64,000 nt of DNA, from contig JBGCFM010000092.1 of NCBI GenBank assembly GCA_045106895.1, positions 32,125 through 96,124 on the forward strand, in the 5' to 3' direction. The notes beneath the pieces are model-generated. The model had not been told where the DNA came from. It saw only the letters and a program-made list of their open reading frames with translations, and made no database searches. Each line of letters begins with the position of its first letter. The stretch's first letter is position 1. The position numbers and the translations under genes were made by a program. Source of the stretch: Polyangiales bacterium (GTDB lineage Bacteria; Myxococcota_A; Polyangia; Polyangiales; Houyiibacteriaceae). Below are positions 31,224-40,034 of the stretch, in pieces.

Positions 31224-32321
31224 TTAGGGAGCAGCACTGTTCGCCCCCGCGTCGGTGCGGACGAACTCTACGCGCCGATTTCGGGCTCGTCCTGCACGCG
31301 TGCGGTTCGATTCCAGTGGACGTGATTCGCCAAACCCGTGCGACACAAGGCGTGATGGCGCGATTCCGCGGCCCACGAGGAACGTTCGAACAGCGGTGGC
31401 ACGCCGTTCCGAGAGGCGCTGATTGTGCGTGTCCGAACCTTGTGAGTCCGTGTGGCCTTGGATGTCTAGGGAGACATCCGGGAAGTCGCTCAGGACGGCG
31501 GCGACGGTCTCCAAGATGGAGAACGAGTCCGACAGGATCTCCGCTCGGTCCACGGCGAAGTGAATCTTCTGAGTAATACGAATGTGCGTCGTTGTGATTT
31601 CGACGTTTTCGTAGACGCGGGGACAGCCGCGTTCAGCCGCTGGGCCAGGTTCATCCGGACACTGGTCATCGGTGTCGAGCATCGAGTCGCCGTCGTTGTC
31701 CGGGTCCGGACAGCCGTCTTCGTCTTGCCAACCGTCACGGTCCTCGGGGTCGATGCGGCAGCGGTCGTCGACATCCAGGATCCCATCGAGGTCATCATCG
31801 GGATCAGGGCAGCCGTCTTCGTCTTGCTGACCGTCGGCGTCTTCGGGGTCCGAGACACAAAGGTCGCGCGCGTCCGGGACGCCATCGCCGTCGGTGTCCT
31901 GGTCGTCGGGGCAGCCATCCTCTTCTTCGAATCCGTCGAAGTCTTCGGCCTCGTCCGGGCATTCATCGACGTTGTCGAGGATCATGTCCCCATCGCGGTC
32001 ACCGGGCTGAGGCGCATGGGCCACGACCATCTCGCGAGGAGCGCAGCGTTCAGCTGGGCTAAGCCGAAGAGCCGCGCGAGCGTTGGGGGCGGCGATGACG
32101 TAGTGGTTCTCCGCCCCTACGGCGTCGCCCTGCTCCAGCTTGTCGTGAGCAAACGCCACGTGGGCCTGAGCGAGAGCAAGTTCACGGGGCGCGCACTGGT
32201 AGGCGCCGTTTCGCTCAGCCTGCTCCACAATCTCCTCGAGGCCACCGAGCCGGCCTTCAAGCTGGGCGGACGACGTACAGGCCGACACGAGCAAGCCAAT
32301 GATTGCGAGTCGACGGCTCAT
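31224..32321 (-). CDS. OmpA-family lipoprotein with thrombospondin type-3-like Ca-binding repeats
   Basis: LVSAC lipobox; repeated DxDGD...DGCPD; IHFAVD, GHTD, LSERRA, NRRVEF. Confidence 0.9.
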   Translation of the reverse strand: MSRRLAIIGLLVSACTSSAQLEGRLGGLEEIVEQAERNGAYQCAPRELALAQAHVAFAHDKLEQGDAVGAENHYVIAAPNARAALRLSPAERCAPREMVVAHAPQPGDRDGDMILDNVDECPDEAEDFDGFEEEDGCPDDQDTDGDGVPDARDLCVSDPEDADGQQDEDGCPDPDDDLDGILDVDDRCRIDPEDRDGWQDEDGCPDPDNDGDSMLDTDDQCPDEPGPAAERGCPRVYENVEITTTHIRITQKIHFAVDRAEILSDSFSILETVAAVLSDFPDVSLDIQGHTDSQGSDTHNQRLSERRATAVRTFLVGRGIAPSRLVSHGFGESRPLESNRTRAGRARNRRVEFVRTDAGANSAAP

Positions 32322-32623
32322 CGCCCCTCTTCGCGTCGTCGACGTCGAGCGAGGTCGAGTGCTTTTTCCCCGTACTCCTCGGCGATTTTCGCGTGGCCCA
32401 GTGCGTCTTGATAGTACGCGTCTGCGGCTTCTTCGCGTGCTTGGCGGAGATGCTCGTTGGCGAAGTGGTATTCGTAAGGGGCGAGCTCGGCAGCACCGGC
32501 TTCTTCCGCTTGATGAACGGCGCGTGCGGCCGGAAGAATGTGCACCGTGTAGAGCGTCGGCGCGCAGCCAACGAAGAGCGTCCACGCAAGGAGTACCGCT
32601 GGGTGTCGCCAGAGAGCGTTCAT
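32318..32623 (-). CDS. DUF4398-like small lipoprotein
   Basis: FVGC lipobox; AEEAGAAELAPYEY..A..L; coupled to the ompA-family gene. Confidence 0.75.
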   Translation of the reverse strand: MNALWRHPAVLLAWTLFVGCAPTLYTVHILPAARAVHQAEEAGAAELAPYEYHFANEHLRQAREEAADAYYQDALGHAKIAEEYGEKALDLARRRRREEGR

Positions 32624-32670
32624 CGTTCGCTTGGCTACCAACGATCGCTTGTCTTCGTCAACGTTCGCCA

Positions 32671-33228
32671 TCATTCCCCCCTCCGTCCACTCGACCTCAG
32701 ACGTTGGAGAAGGCTCGCGCTCGCCACGAGGAGGATGGCGCCCATAATGATGGCTCCCTGAAGGATCGCGCCTCCGCCCATGAACGGCTCAAGGCCGAAG
32801 TTGCCGTGGAACTGCACCGACGTCCCAACAAGGCTAAGCCGGTCGCGGGCCACGTAGACAACAAGCCCGGATGCCACCAGTGCCAATAGCGCGAGGGACC
32901 CGCCGAGCCCCTCACGTTGATGGCGCACCATGCTCGCTCCGACGAAGAAACCCAGAGCCCCAAACCCGACCTCGACGACGAAGCCAAGGAGAGCGAGGGC
33001 CGATGGGATGTCCTGGACATCGACAAGGTAGAGGAGAAACCAGTCCCCATGAAAAATGTAGAAGTAGACCGAAATTGGCACCACGACGAGGCACGCAAAG
33101 AGCGCAAAAGCCGCGAAGCTATGGGTCAATAGCGCGGGGCGCGGGGAAACGCGCAATTCGACACGCCCCGCCAGCGCGGCGGCGATTCCAGCAGCGAACA
33201 CCAGACACAGCAGGCTCGGCAAAGGCAC
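32671..33228 (-). CDS. Integral membrane protein, hypothetical
   Basis: About five hydrophobic segments; same strand as neighbours; -10-like TAACGT just upstream. Confidence 0.7.
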   Translation of the reverse strand: MPLPSLLCLVFAAGIAAALAGRVELRVSPRPALLTHSFAAFALFACLVVVPISVYFYIFHGDWFLLYLVDVQDIPSALALLGFVVEVGFGALGFFVGASMVRHQREGLGGSLALLALVASGLVVYVARDRLSLVGTSVQFHGNFGLEPFMGGGAILQGAIIMGAILLVASASLLQRLRSSGRRGE

Positions 33229-33307
33229 CGGAGGGACGTTAGCAGATAATCGAAAGTCTGCGGGAGAGCGTTCGCCCTAGAAGGAAATCAACGTGAATCA
33301 GCGTGAA

Positions 33308-36300
33308 TCAGCGGAAGTCGTGGGGGAGCCGGTCCGCGGCCATCGTTCGGCTGGCGTGGGTGAGAATGTCTGGAACCACGGCGGCGTCGAGTTCCCGGCC
33401 CGTAACGCCACCGTGGCAGGTACCGCAGAGGCCGTTGAAGAAGCGTCGTGGCATCGATTGGTTGAGTCGCTCGCCCGGGTAGAGCTGAATTTGCTCCCGC
33501 TGCGTTCGCTCCCCCGTCAGGGGCCCATCCCCGGAAAACTGGAGAGCTGCGCCATCGGCGTCCGTGGCTTGAAGGACGACTGGTACGCCCCCCGGGAGGA
33601 GGAGGCGAATCGAACCATCGAGTTCTGTCACCGCGGATCCAAGCTCGCGGTAGTCCACAAAGACCTGACCGAACTCGTCACTGACGACATTGCCCATCAC
33701 GTCGCCAAAGCTGGTTGCTCCAGCAGGCGGCGACAGGGCCTCAAAGACACGGACGCCCTCGACGGCCGGGTCGATGACGCGGGGACCGCGGATGTTGACG
33801 AAGAGTAAGGACTCAAGGAGCGGGAAATCGAGGATATGCATCTCGGCGCTGGATTCGCCGGTGAGAAGACTTGCGCCATTCGCCTCGTCCTGACGCGACG
33901 AGAATATCGGGTGCCGCGAACGACCGTAGACAGCGACGGCCTCCACGTTCGCCTGACCCGCTTCGCCGCCGATGGTTCGAATGCGGCCGTTGCGCACATC
34001 GAGTTCGCACAGCTCAAAGTTGAAGGGACCAGCCCGAAGGTCCGTCGCGCTCATGTCGCAGGACACCACGACACGACCAGTCGGCAACGTCGCAGGCGAA
34101 CGAAAGGCACCGCTTCCTACGCCACGGGCGGGTACGCCGGGAAGTGCGCCGAGAGCGCCCGCCGCAGGCAACGAGAGTGAGTGGATGTACTGACGCTCGT
34201 CATCGCCGCCTCGCCCTGATTGGTCAGGCCCGATCGAACGGTTCACCAAAGCCACGGCGCCGGCGCCATCCGTCGCGTCCAAGGGGCCCGCAATAAACGC
34301 TAGCTCGTTTCCAGCCGGAAGCTCCACGACCTCCGTCGCCGATGCGAAACCGACCGTTGGTCGCTGCGCGTAGAGCGGGTGATAGTCGCCACCGTCGAGA
34401 TTCTGTCGGCGCAACGCGAGCTGGTGAAAGCCGGGCTCACGTTTTTCGCCGGTCATGATGATACGCCCATCGCGCATGAAGCTCGGCGAGAGCTCCTGAT
34501 TCAGCAGATACGTCAGCTGACGCACGGTGCCGTTCTCCAACACATAGAGGTTTGAGTTTGGAGTCATCGCCGCGGGTGTGCGCGTGGGGCCTCTGCGTGC
34601 GGAATCGCCGCTGATGTTTCCGCGCGTACTGGCAAAAACAAGGCGGCCGTCTGGGGCGAACGCGGGGTCGAAATCATGCAGCAAAATTCCATCGGCTTGG
34701 CTCATCGCCGGCGCCACTCCAGGGACAGCCTCGCAGGAGGAACCGTCAGCGTTCATCCAGTAGAGGCGCAGGGGATCTGCGGCGGCGTTTCTCGCTGCGA
34801 ACGCGATGCGCGCACCATCCCAGCTGACCGCCGGCGTTCGAACATCCGGTGCTGCGCCCAAGCCACATCCACCAAGGAGACTCGTCGACGCTCCGAGTGA
34901 GACGGCCCCCGCCGCGTCGACGGTCGTAGGCGCGCTGCGTAGGTCAGCGCCGCCTCGGAACGTGTCGAAGTCCATGACGCTGCCAACGCCGACGGGACGC
35001 GAGACCCAGACCAACGCGTCGACGACCTGATCCACCGCTGTGATCTCGCCGCGCGCCGCCGCTTCTTCACGCTCGATCTCGTGCCAGCGCGCAATGACGC
35101 AGTACGCAGGAATGTCGTTGAGGTCGCCCATGTCTGCATCGACACCCGCGCAGTCATCGAGGCTCGCCGGGTTGAGTTCGCCGCCGCTGGAGAAGTCCTC
35201 AAAGAGCGAGCCACCACGGTGAGCAACACCGGCGCCGCCGCTCACGTCGAGGGCCGGGAACAGGTTCTTCGCCACCAGGCGCCCCACGTTAGGGTTCGGC
35301 GATTCAACAGCGAGCATCTCGCGCGACATCTCATAGTTGCGACGTGTAGCGACTCGCGAGAATACGCCTTGGTCGCCGCCTCGAAGGCGTAGGTCGTGGA
35401 ACATTGACGGCGCGTGGCAGTTGCCGAACATGCACCCTTTACGAACGAGGACTGGCTGAACGCGGTTGGCGAAGAAACGTAAGCCGGGGTCCGGGTCCGC
35501 GTCGCGAAGGACCTCCGGTGCGCGACCGACGATGTCCGCCGCCCACGTCAGGAGGGTCTGGTAGCGCTCATCGTCTGTGCTGCCCAAGACGTTTCCGCCC
35601 TCGTGGAACGTGCCCCCGCGGAACGTCGCGAGCGGCCGACGCAATAGACCGGAGACGGACGCCGGCGCCGTAACGTGGCTGGTGCTGACGAAGTAATTCC
35701 ATCGCTGCTCTTCGACGGTGTCGCCACACGTGAGGAATAGGTCGGCAAAACGGTTTCCATGACACCCGCTGCCCGCGCAGCTCTCGGTGAGCATCGGTTG
35801 CACGTCCCGAACAAAAGCGTCGAAGGACGCTGTGTCCGCCGGCGCGACGTTGGCGTCGAAGCCGTGGAACTCCCCCGGACCAGAGACGCAGTCACCGACG
35901 TTTCCTTGGAGGGACTCATCCGGAACGCCGCTCCGGGTGTACCCCGACTCGATCCAACGCTTGAGTTCGTTGTAGCCTCGGCTCGCTTGGTCGATGGTCG
36001 ATCCAGCGCTGTGCCGGATGTCCGTGGTGACCCGCGCGATGCGCTCGCCGCTCACCGGGTCTGGGTCCCAGGTTTCCACGGAGACTTCGACGGGATTGCC
36101 GCCCTTCAGCAGCAGGAGCCCGACGGGGTACGGACCGTAAGGAGCCAAGAGGTCTTCGCGGCGCATCAGCGCGTCGTATGAACTCAAATCGAGGTTGCCT
36201 GTCGCGTTTCCGCCGACATCCACGTGGCAACCGTTGGTCTGCTGAGCGCACCCGGTGCGGACGATGGGATCGATGCGTTCCTCGTAGAACGAGGACCCTG

Positions 36301-36364
36301 GCGGAGCTACGTCGTCGCAAGCCGCGAGTAGCACCACCATGGCGAAGAACGTGAGTCGAACCAT
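33308..36364 (-). CDS. Multiheme lipoprotein: three cytochrome-c-like repeats, TolB-like beta-propeller and hydrazine synthase alpha middle-domain-like region
   Basis: LAAC lipobox; CAQQTNGCH, CAGSGCH, CMFGNCH, CGTCH; PAVSWDGARIAFA, DPAFAPDGRLVFAS; DGSIRLLLPGGVPVVLQATDADG. Confidence 0.75.
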   Translation of the reverse strand: MVRLTFFAMVVLLAACDDVAPPGSSFYEERIDPIVRTGCAQQTNGCHVDVGGNATGNLDLSSYDALMRREDLLAPYGPYPVGLLLLKGGNPVEVSVETWDPDPVSGERIARVTTDIRHSAGSTIDQASRGYNELKRWIESGYTRSGVPDESLQGNVGDCVSGPGEFHGFDANVAPADTASFDAFVRDVQPMLTESCAGSGCHGNRFADLFLTCGDTVEEQRWNYFVSTSHVTAPASVSGLLRRPLATFRGGTFHEGGNVLGSTDDERYQTLLTWAADIVGRAPEVLRDADPDPGLRFFANRVQPVLVRKGCMFGNCHAPSMFHDLRLRGGDQGVFSRVATRRNYEMSREMLAVESPNPNVGRLVAKNLFPALDVSGGAGVAHRGGSLFEDFSSGGELNPASLDDCAGVDADMGDLNDIPAYCVIARWHEIEREEAAARGEITAVDQVVDALVWVSRPVGVGSVMDFDTFRGGADLRSAPTTVDAAGAVSLGASTSLLGGCGLGAAPDVRTPAVSWDGARIAFAARNAAADPLRLYWMNADGSSCEAVPGVAPAMSQADGILLHDFDPAFAPDGRLVFASTRGNISGDSARRGPTRTPAAMTPNSNLYVLENGTVRQLTYLLNQELSPSFMRDGRIIMTGEKREPGFHQLALRRQNLDGGDYHPLYAQRPTVGFASATEVVELPAGNELAFIAGPLDATDGAGAVALVNRSIGPDQSGRGGDDERQYIHSLSLPAAGALGALPGVPARGVGSGAFRSPATLPTGRVVVSCDMSATDLRAGPFNFELCELDVRNGRIRTIGGEAGQANVEAVAVYGRSRHPIFSSRQDEANGASLLTGESSAEMHILDFPLLESLLFVNIRGPRVIDPAVEGVRVFEALSPPAGATSFGDVMGNVVSDEFGQVFVDYRELGSAVTELDGSIRLLLPGGVPVVLQATDADGAALQFSGDGPLTGERTQREQIQLYPGERLNQSMPRRFFNGLCGTCHGGVTGRELDAAVVPDILTHASRTMAADRLPHDFR

Positions 36365-36513
36365 GCGCACAAGGATACCAGCTCCACTCGAGAGTGGGCC
36401 CAGTTCTCGCGCTCAAAACGGCCTTTGCTACTTCGGTGGAAAGCGACGGCCGGATTCGCGCCGAGACCGTCACGCGATCTAGGCAGAGGGGGCCGAGATA
36501 GCCCCCAACGCAG

Positions 36514-36678
36514 CTAGTGTCCTGAGTCCGCAATGCGGTGCATAAGTCGGCGAGCGATTTCGTCCGTGCCTAGGCGCTGTGACGAAGGAATATCAGAGAT
36601 ATTTCGAGGAGCGGCAACGACGGCATGGGCGAAAAGAGCCGTCGACTTATGCATCGAGTTGCAGACTCAGGGCACCTA
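36514..36678 (+). mobile_element. ~160-nt rod-like palindromic element (MITE-like or structured ncRNA)
   Basis: CTA[GTGTCCTGAGTC...GACTCAGGGCAC]CTA; internal 17-bp, 13-bp and 8-bp helices; mismatches within the helices are G-U on the + strand. Confidence 0.75.
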
Positions 36679-39051
36679 GAGGTTCGGGCGACATTCCCAG
36701 CGTGTCGACATGCTGTAGAGGATCGCACTTTCGCCGCCCGTCGATGGGTTGAGTTGCATTCGAACACGCAGGAAGAACGGATCCACAGGTAGCCCTGCGG
36801 CGGCGAGGATGGGCTGCAGGTTCAAGGCCCCCGTATCGGGGAGAGCCGGAATGGTCACCGTGGCTTCCGGCGCCGAGTTCAAGTCAGCCTCGGTCTCGGC
36901 TGCGCGAACGAACACTTCGACGAAGCTGTCGCCGGGCGTGGAAACTCGGTAGTCGACCATGTTCCAGAACGGGCGCTCGGTGGTCACGTTGCATGTGCCG
37001 GTGCCGTCGTATTCACGCTGATAGTAACCGACGGATGGCGTCGCGCAGAAATGGTTGAGCTGAACGGATCGCACGCGTGGTGTCACGAACATGCTCGGGT
37101 CCAGGATGGATGACTCAAGGGCTACCTCGACTTGGGCGAAGGTTCCGTGCGTCACCCCAGCGGCGTCGAGGACAGAACCCACGGGGAGGGGCGATGTGCC
37201 CGCCGGAACAACACCGACGCCGTGCCAGGTCGCGCTGTTCAACGCGACCATCGTGTCCGCGGTACGGACTCGGAATGCGACGGACGTGTCAGGCGGTGTG
37301 TCGATGTCGAAGACAAGGTTCTCCCAGCGAGTGCCTTCCCCACACCCTTCAAAGGACATCACGTAAGTACCGCGAGGCGTCGCTGCGAGGCGCAGCTGCT
37401 GACCGGTCATGTCGGAGTACGTGTATGGGCTTCTGACGGAGTACGCCGTCCGAGTGATGGTGTTGCTTGTGAGGGCGGCCCCGGGCTCGACAACCCACGC
37501 AGAGTTCTCCCATCGACCGATGACCCATGCGCGGTCATCCGCGGCGATGGCAACGCCCCACCCACGCATGTAGCGGCTTCCGGCACCGTATCGAATCAAG
37601 TGACGGTTCCTCGGGTTGTCAGCGTCGAGTCGGTAGACGCCAAAGGAGCCCGTCGTCCAGACGTTCCCTGAGCCATCCACCGCGATGCCCGCTTTCCATC
37701 CGCCGGTGGAACCAATTCCCGCCGTCGCCCATCGGCTCGCCGCGGACGCCGTCGGGTCATAGCGCTGAACGTCGAGATCCCCGCCGAGCCATATGCGCTG
37801 CGCCGCGTCGACGGTGATGCCATACGGCCGGTTCGAACCCGGCGTTGGAATCGCGCGTTTAATCGCGCTTTCGCAGCGACTCCCGGTCGATGAAGACTCG
37901 ACACAGGTGCCAGCCCACGGGCAGCCAAACTCGTTGCAGCGTGTTGTATCCACACGCACGAGACGTCTATGACTGATGGTTGAAATCCACAGGTTCTGGC
38001 TTCCGTCGAAGGCCATGCCGTAGGGACCATATTGAACGTTGGTCGTCATCAGAATGCCGCCCGTCGCACCATCGAGGACGGAGATTCGGCGGTCGCTGTA
38101 CCCGCCCACCCAAACACGCTCCGTCACGTTTCCGCTGATGGGGTCGACGATATCTTGTGCGGCGACGGCTCGAATGTAGCCACCAGGCATGACTCCACGA
38201 AGGGAGGTGGACCAAAGGACGCAGTCATCCTGCCCCCACGGAAGAGCCGTGCCGTTTGTGCTGGTGGTGATGACGCCGTCACCGTTGCTGTCTGGGCAGG
38301 CCTCGCCGAGTCCGGAGATCTTCGTGAGAAAAAGGCCGCGACGACCAGCGACGAACGCGTCACCCGCGGTATTGATGGAGGTACGCGAGGGGTCATTTCC
38401 TCGACCGTGGGGACCCACCCAAAAGCGACCGGTCTCGGCGAACGTCGCAATGTCGAAGCGCGACACGGTGCCCTCACCGGTGTTGGCGATCCAGATGCTG
38501 TCGTTGATGGTGCCCGTGTTGCCGAGAATGATGGCACCATCGGTGTCGAGCTCGACGCCGTCATTCGGATTCATCGTCGTGTCGAAGGGCTCATCGCCAC
38601 CGACACCGATGGTGGTTTCGTCTTCGACGATCATGTCTTCCGAAATGACGCCTCCGGTGACTGGGTCGTATTGAACGCTGTCACTGTTGTCGGGCGTGAG
38701 GTCGCTCGACTCGATGCTGTCGTCGGTCGCTACGTGACACGCCGGGTTGCATGGATTGCATTGGGTCGGCGGCGAAATGAGCGCGTTGGCCAGGTGGATT
38801 CGCGTCTCTTCGACGCCGGTGCACGCACTCCATGCGCCACCTTGGCAAACCTGCGTACCGATGGAGCAGACCAGGTCCGCGCCTTCGTAACTCGCCTCGC
38901 CGTAGCAAGGAAGCTCTTGGCCTTCGGCGGCGCATGCACAGCCAGCGTCGCGCTCCGTGCACTCACTGCTACCTTTCGCAACATCGAAGTCGGGAGTCTG
39001 GCAATGGGTGAGAGCCCCGAGAAGAACCAGGGCCCAAGCGTGCCGGCTCAT
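36676..39051 (-). CDS. Secreted/lipid-anchored Cys-rich protein with central Vgb/NHL-like beta-propeller and two C-terminal beta-sandwich-like modules
   Basis: Signal peptide with Cys; CNPCNPAC; blades PYGMAFD, PYGITVD, GIAVD; PYTYSDMTG. Confidence 0.7.
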   Translation of the reverse strand: MSRHAWALVLLGALTHCQTPDFDVAKGSSECTERDAGCACAAEGQELPCYGEASYEGADLVCSIGTQVCQGGAWSACTGVEETRIHLANALISPPTQCNPCNPACHVATDDSIESSDLTPDNSDSVQYDPVTGGVISEDMIVEDETTIGVGGDEPFDTTMNPNDGVELDTDGAIILGNTGTINDSIWIANTGEGTVSRFDIATFAETGRFWVGPHGRGNDPSRTSINTAGDAFVAGRRGLFLTKISGLGEACPDSNGDGVITTSTNGTALPWGQDDCVLWSTSLRGVMPGGYIRAVAAQDIVDPISGNVTERVWVGGYSDRRISVLDGATGGILMTTNVQYGPYGMAFDGSQNLWISTISHRRLVRVDTTRCNEFGCPWAGTCVESSSTGSRCESAIKRAIPTPGSNRPYGITVDAAQRIWLGGDLDVQRYDPTASAASRWATAGIGSTGGWKAGIAVDGSGNVWTTGSFGVYRLDADNPRNRHLIRYGAGSRYMRGWGVAIAADDRAWVIGRWENSAWVVEPGAALTSNTITRTAYSVRSPYTYSDMTGQQLRLAATPRGTYVMSFEGCGEGTRWENLVFDIDTPPDTSVAFRVRTADTMVALNSATWHGVGVVPAGTSPLPVGSVLDAAGVTHGTFAQVEVALESSILDPSMFVTPRVRSVQLNHFCATPSVGYYQREYDGTGTCNVTTERPFWNMVDYRVSTPGDSFVEVFVRAAETEADLNSAPEATVTIPALPDTGALNLQPILAAAGLPVDPFFLRVRMQLNPSTGGESAILYSMSTRWECRPNL

Positions 39052-40034
39052 CCCTCGTCCTCGTCGAAGGTCAGGCAACGAAGTGCGTCACCAGGCTCGA
39101 CGGCTCCACAGATGGCCTGGGCTTCGCACTCACTGTCTTCGGAGCAGGAGCCTCCCTCGGTGACGCATCGCGCAGTGCCAATGCCCGTGTCCAGGCAAGT
39201 GCGGCCGGCGGGACAAGACCCCGATCGGCACAGCCCATCTGGCTCGCAGGAAGCTTGCGAAGTCGCAGGGTCAACGCCGCAGGAAAAGCCTTCTTCGCAG
39301 TCCGCGTTGCTCGAACACGTGCCGACGAGGAGACACTCCGTGGTGCCGTTGCCGTCGACATCGACGCACTGAGCTCCGGGCTCACACTGCCCAGCGCTCT
39401 CGCATGGCTGATGGGCCGGCACGCAGAAGATGGCGCCCTCGACCGGCGTGAAGGTGCAGGTGTGTCCGCGGGGGCACGTGTTTTCGTGGAACCCACACGG
39501 AATGCGCCGGTCAATGCAGGCGCCTTCTTCGCAACGGAAGCCGTAACCGCAATCCGTGGCGACGGTGCAAGCGCCGTCGGAAGCCGCGCAAAGACCACTG
39601 TCTTCCGGCAGTGCGCCGTCGGGCTTGATGCAGTTGCCGCTCCCACATTGGTCGTCCGCGGTGCACGGCGAACCTGGGACGCACTCCATTCCTTCGCAGA
39701 AGGAATCAACACAGACGAACCCTTCGTCTGCGCAGTTGGCGCGGCACGTCGTCGGCGGCATCTCGGGTTCGCAAATACGCAACGGGTCCGGCGGACCTGC
39801 GTCCGGGAAGTTCGCGTCGAATCCAGCATCCCGAGCAGCGTCAGGCGGAGGTCCGGCGTCGCCGGTGCCGGCATCGTCGACGTTGGCGTCCACCCCACCG
39901 TCGTCATCGGGCCCCGCGTCTTCCGCCGTCGATGTGTCTCGGGGGCCTGCGTCGAAGGGCGGAGGCGCTGGTGGCGCGTCATCACCGCAAGCAGCGAGCA
40001 TTCCCAGCATCAGAGCTAGCGTTGTCGCTCTCAT
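39048..40034 (-). CDS. Cys-rich repeat lipoprotein
   Basis: LAAC-GDD lipobox, DAG-rich linker, many C....DC..G..C repeats; ATGA coupling at both ends. Confidence 0.8.
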   Translation of the reverse strand: MRATTLALMLGMLAACGDDAPPAPPPFDAGPRDTSTAEDAGPDDDGGVDANVDDAGTGDAGPPPDAARDAGFDANFPDAGPPDPLRICEPEMPPTTCRANCADEGFVCVDSFCEGMECVPGSPCTADDQCGSGNCIKPDGALPEDSGLCAASDGACTVATDCGYGFRCEEGACIDRRIPCGFHENTCPRGHTCTFTPVEGAIFCVPAHQPCESAGQCEPGAQCVDVDGNGTTECLLVGTCSSNADCEEGFSCGVDPATSQASCEPDGLCRSGSCPAGRTCLDTGIGTARCVTEGGSCSEDSECEAQAICGAVEPGDALRCLTFDEDEG

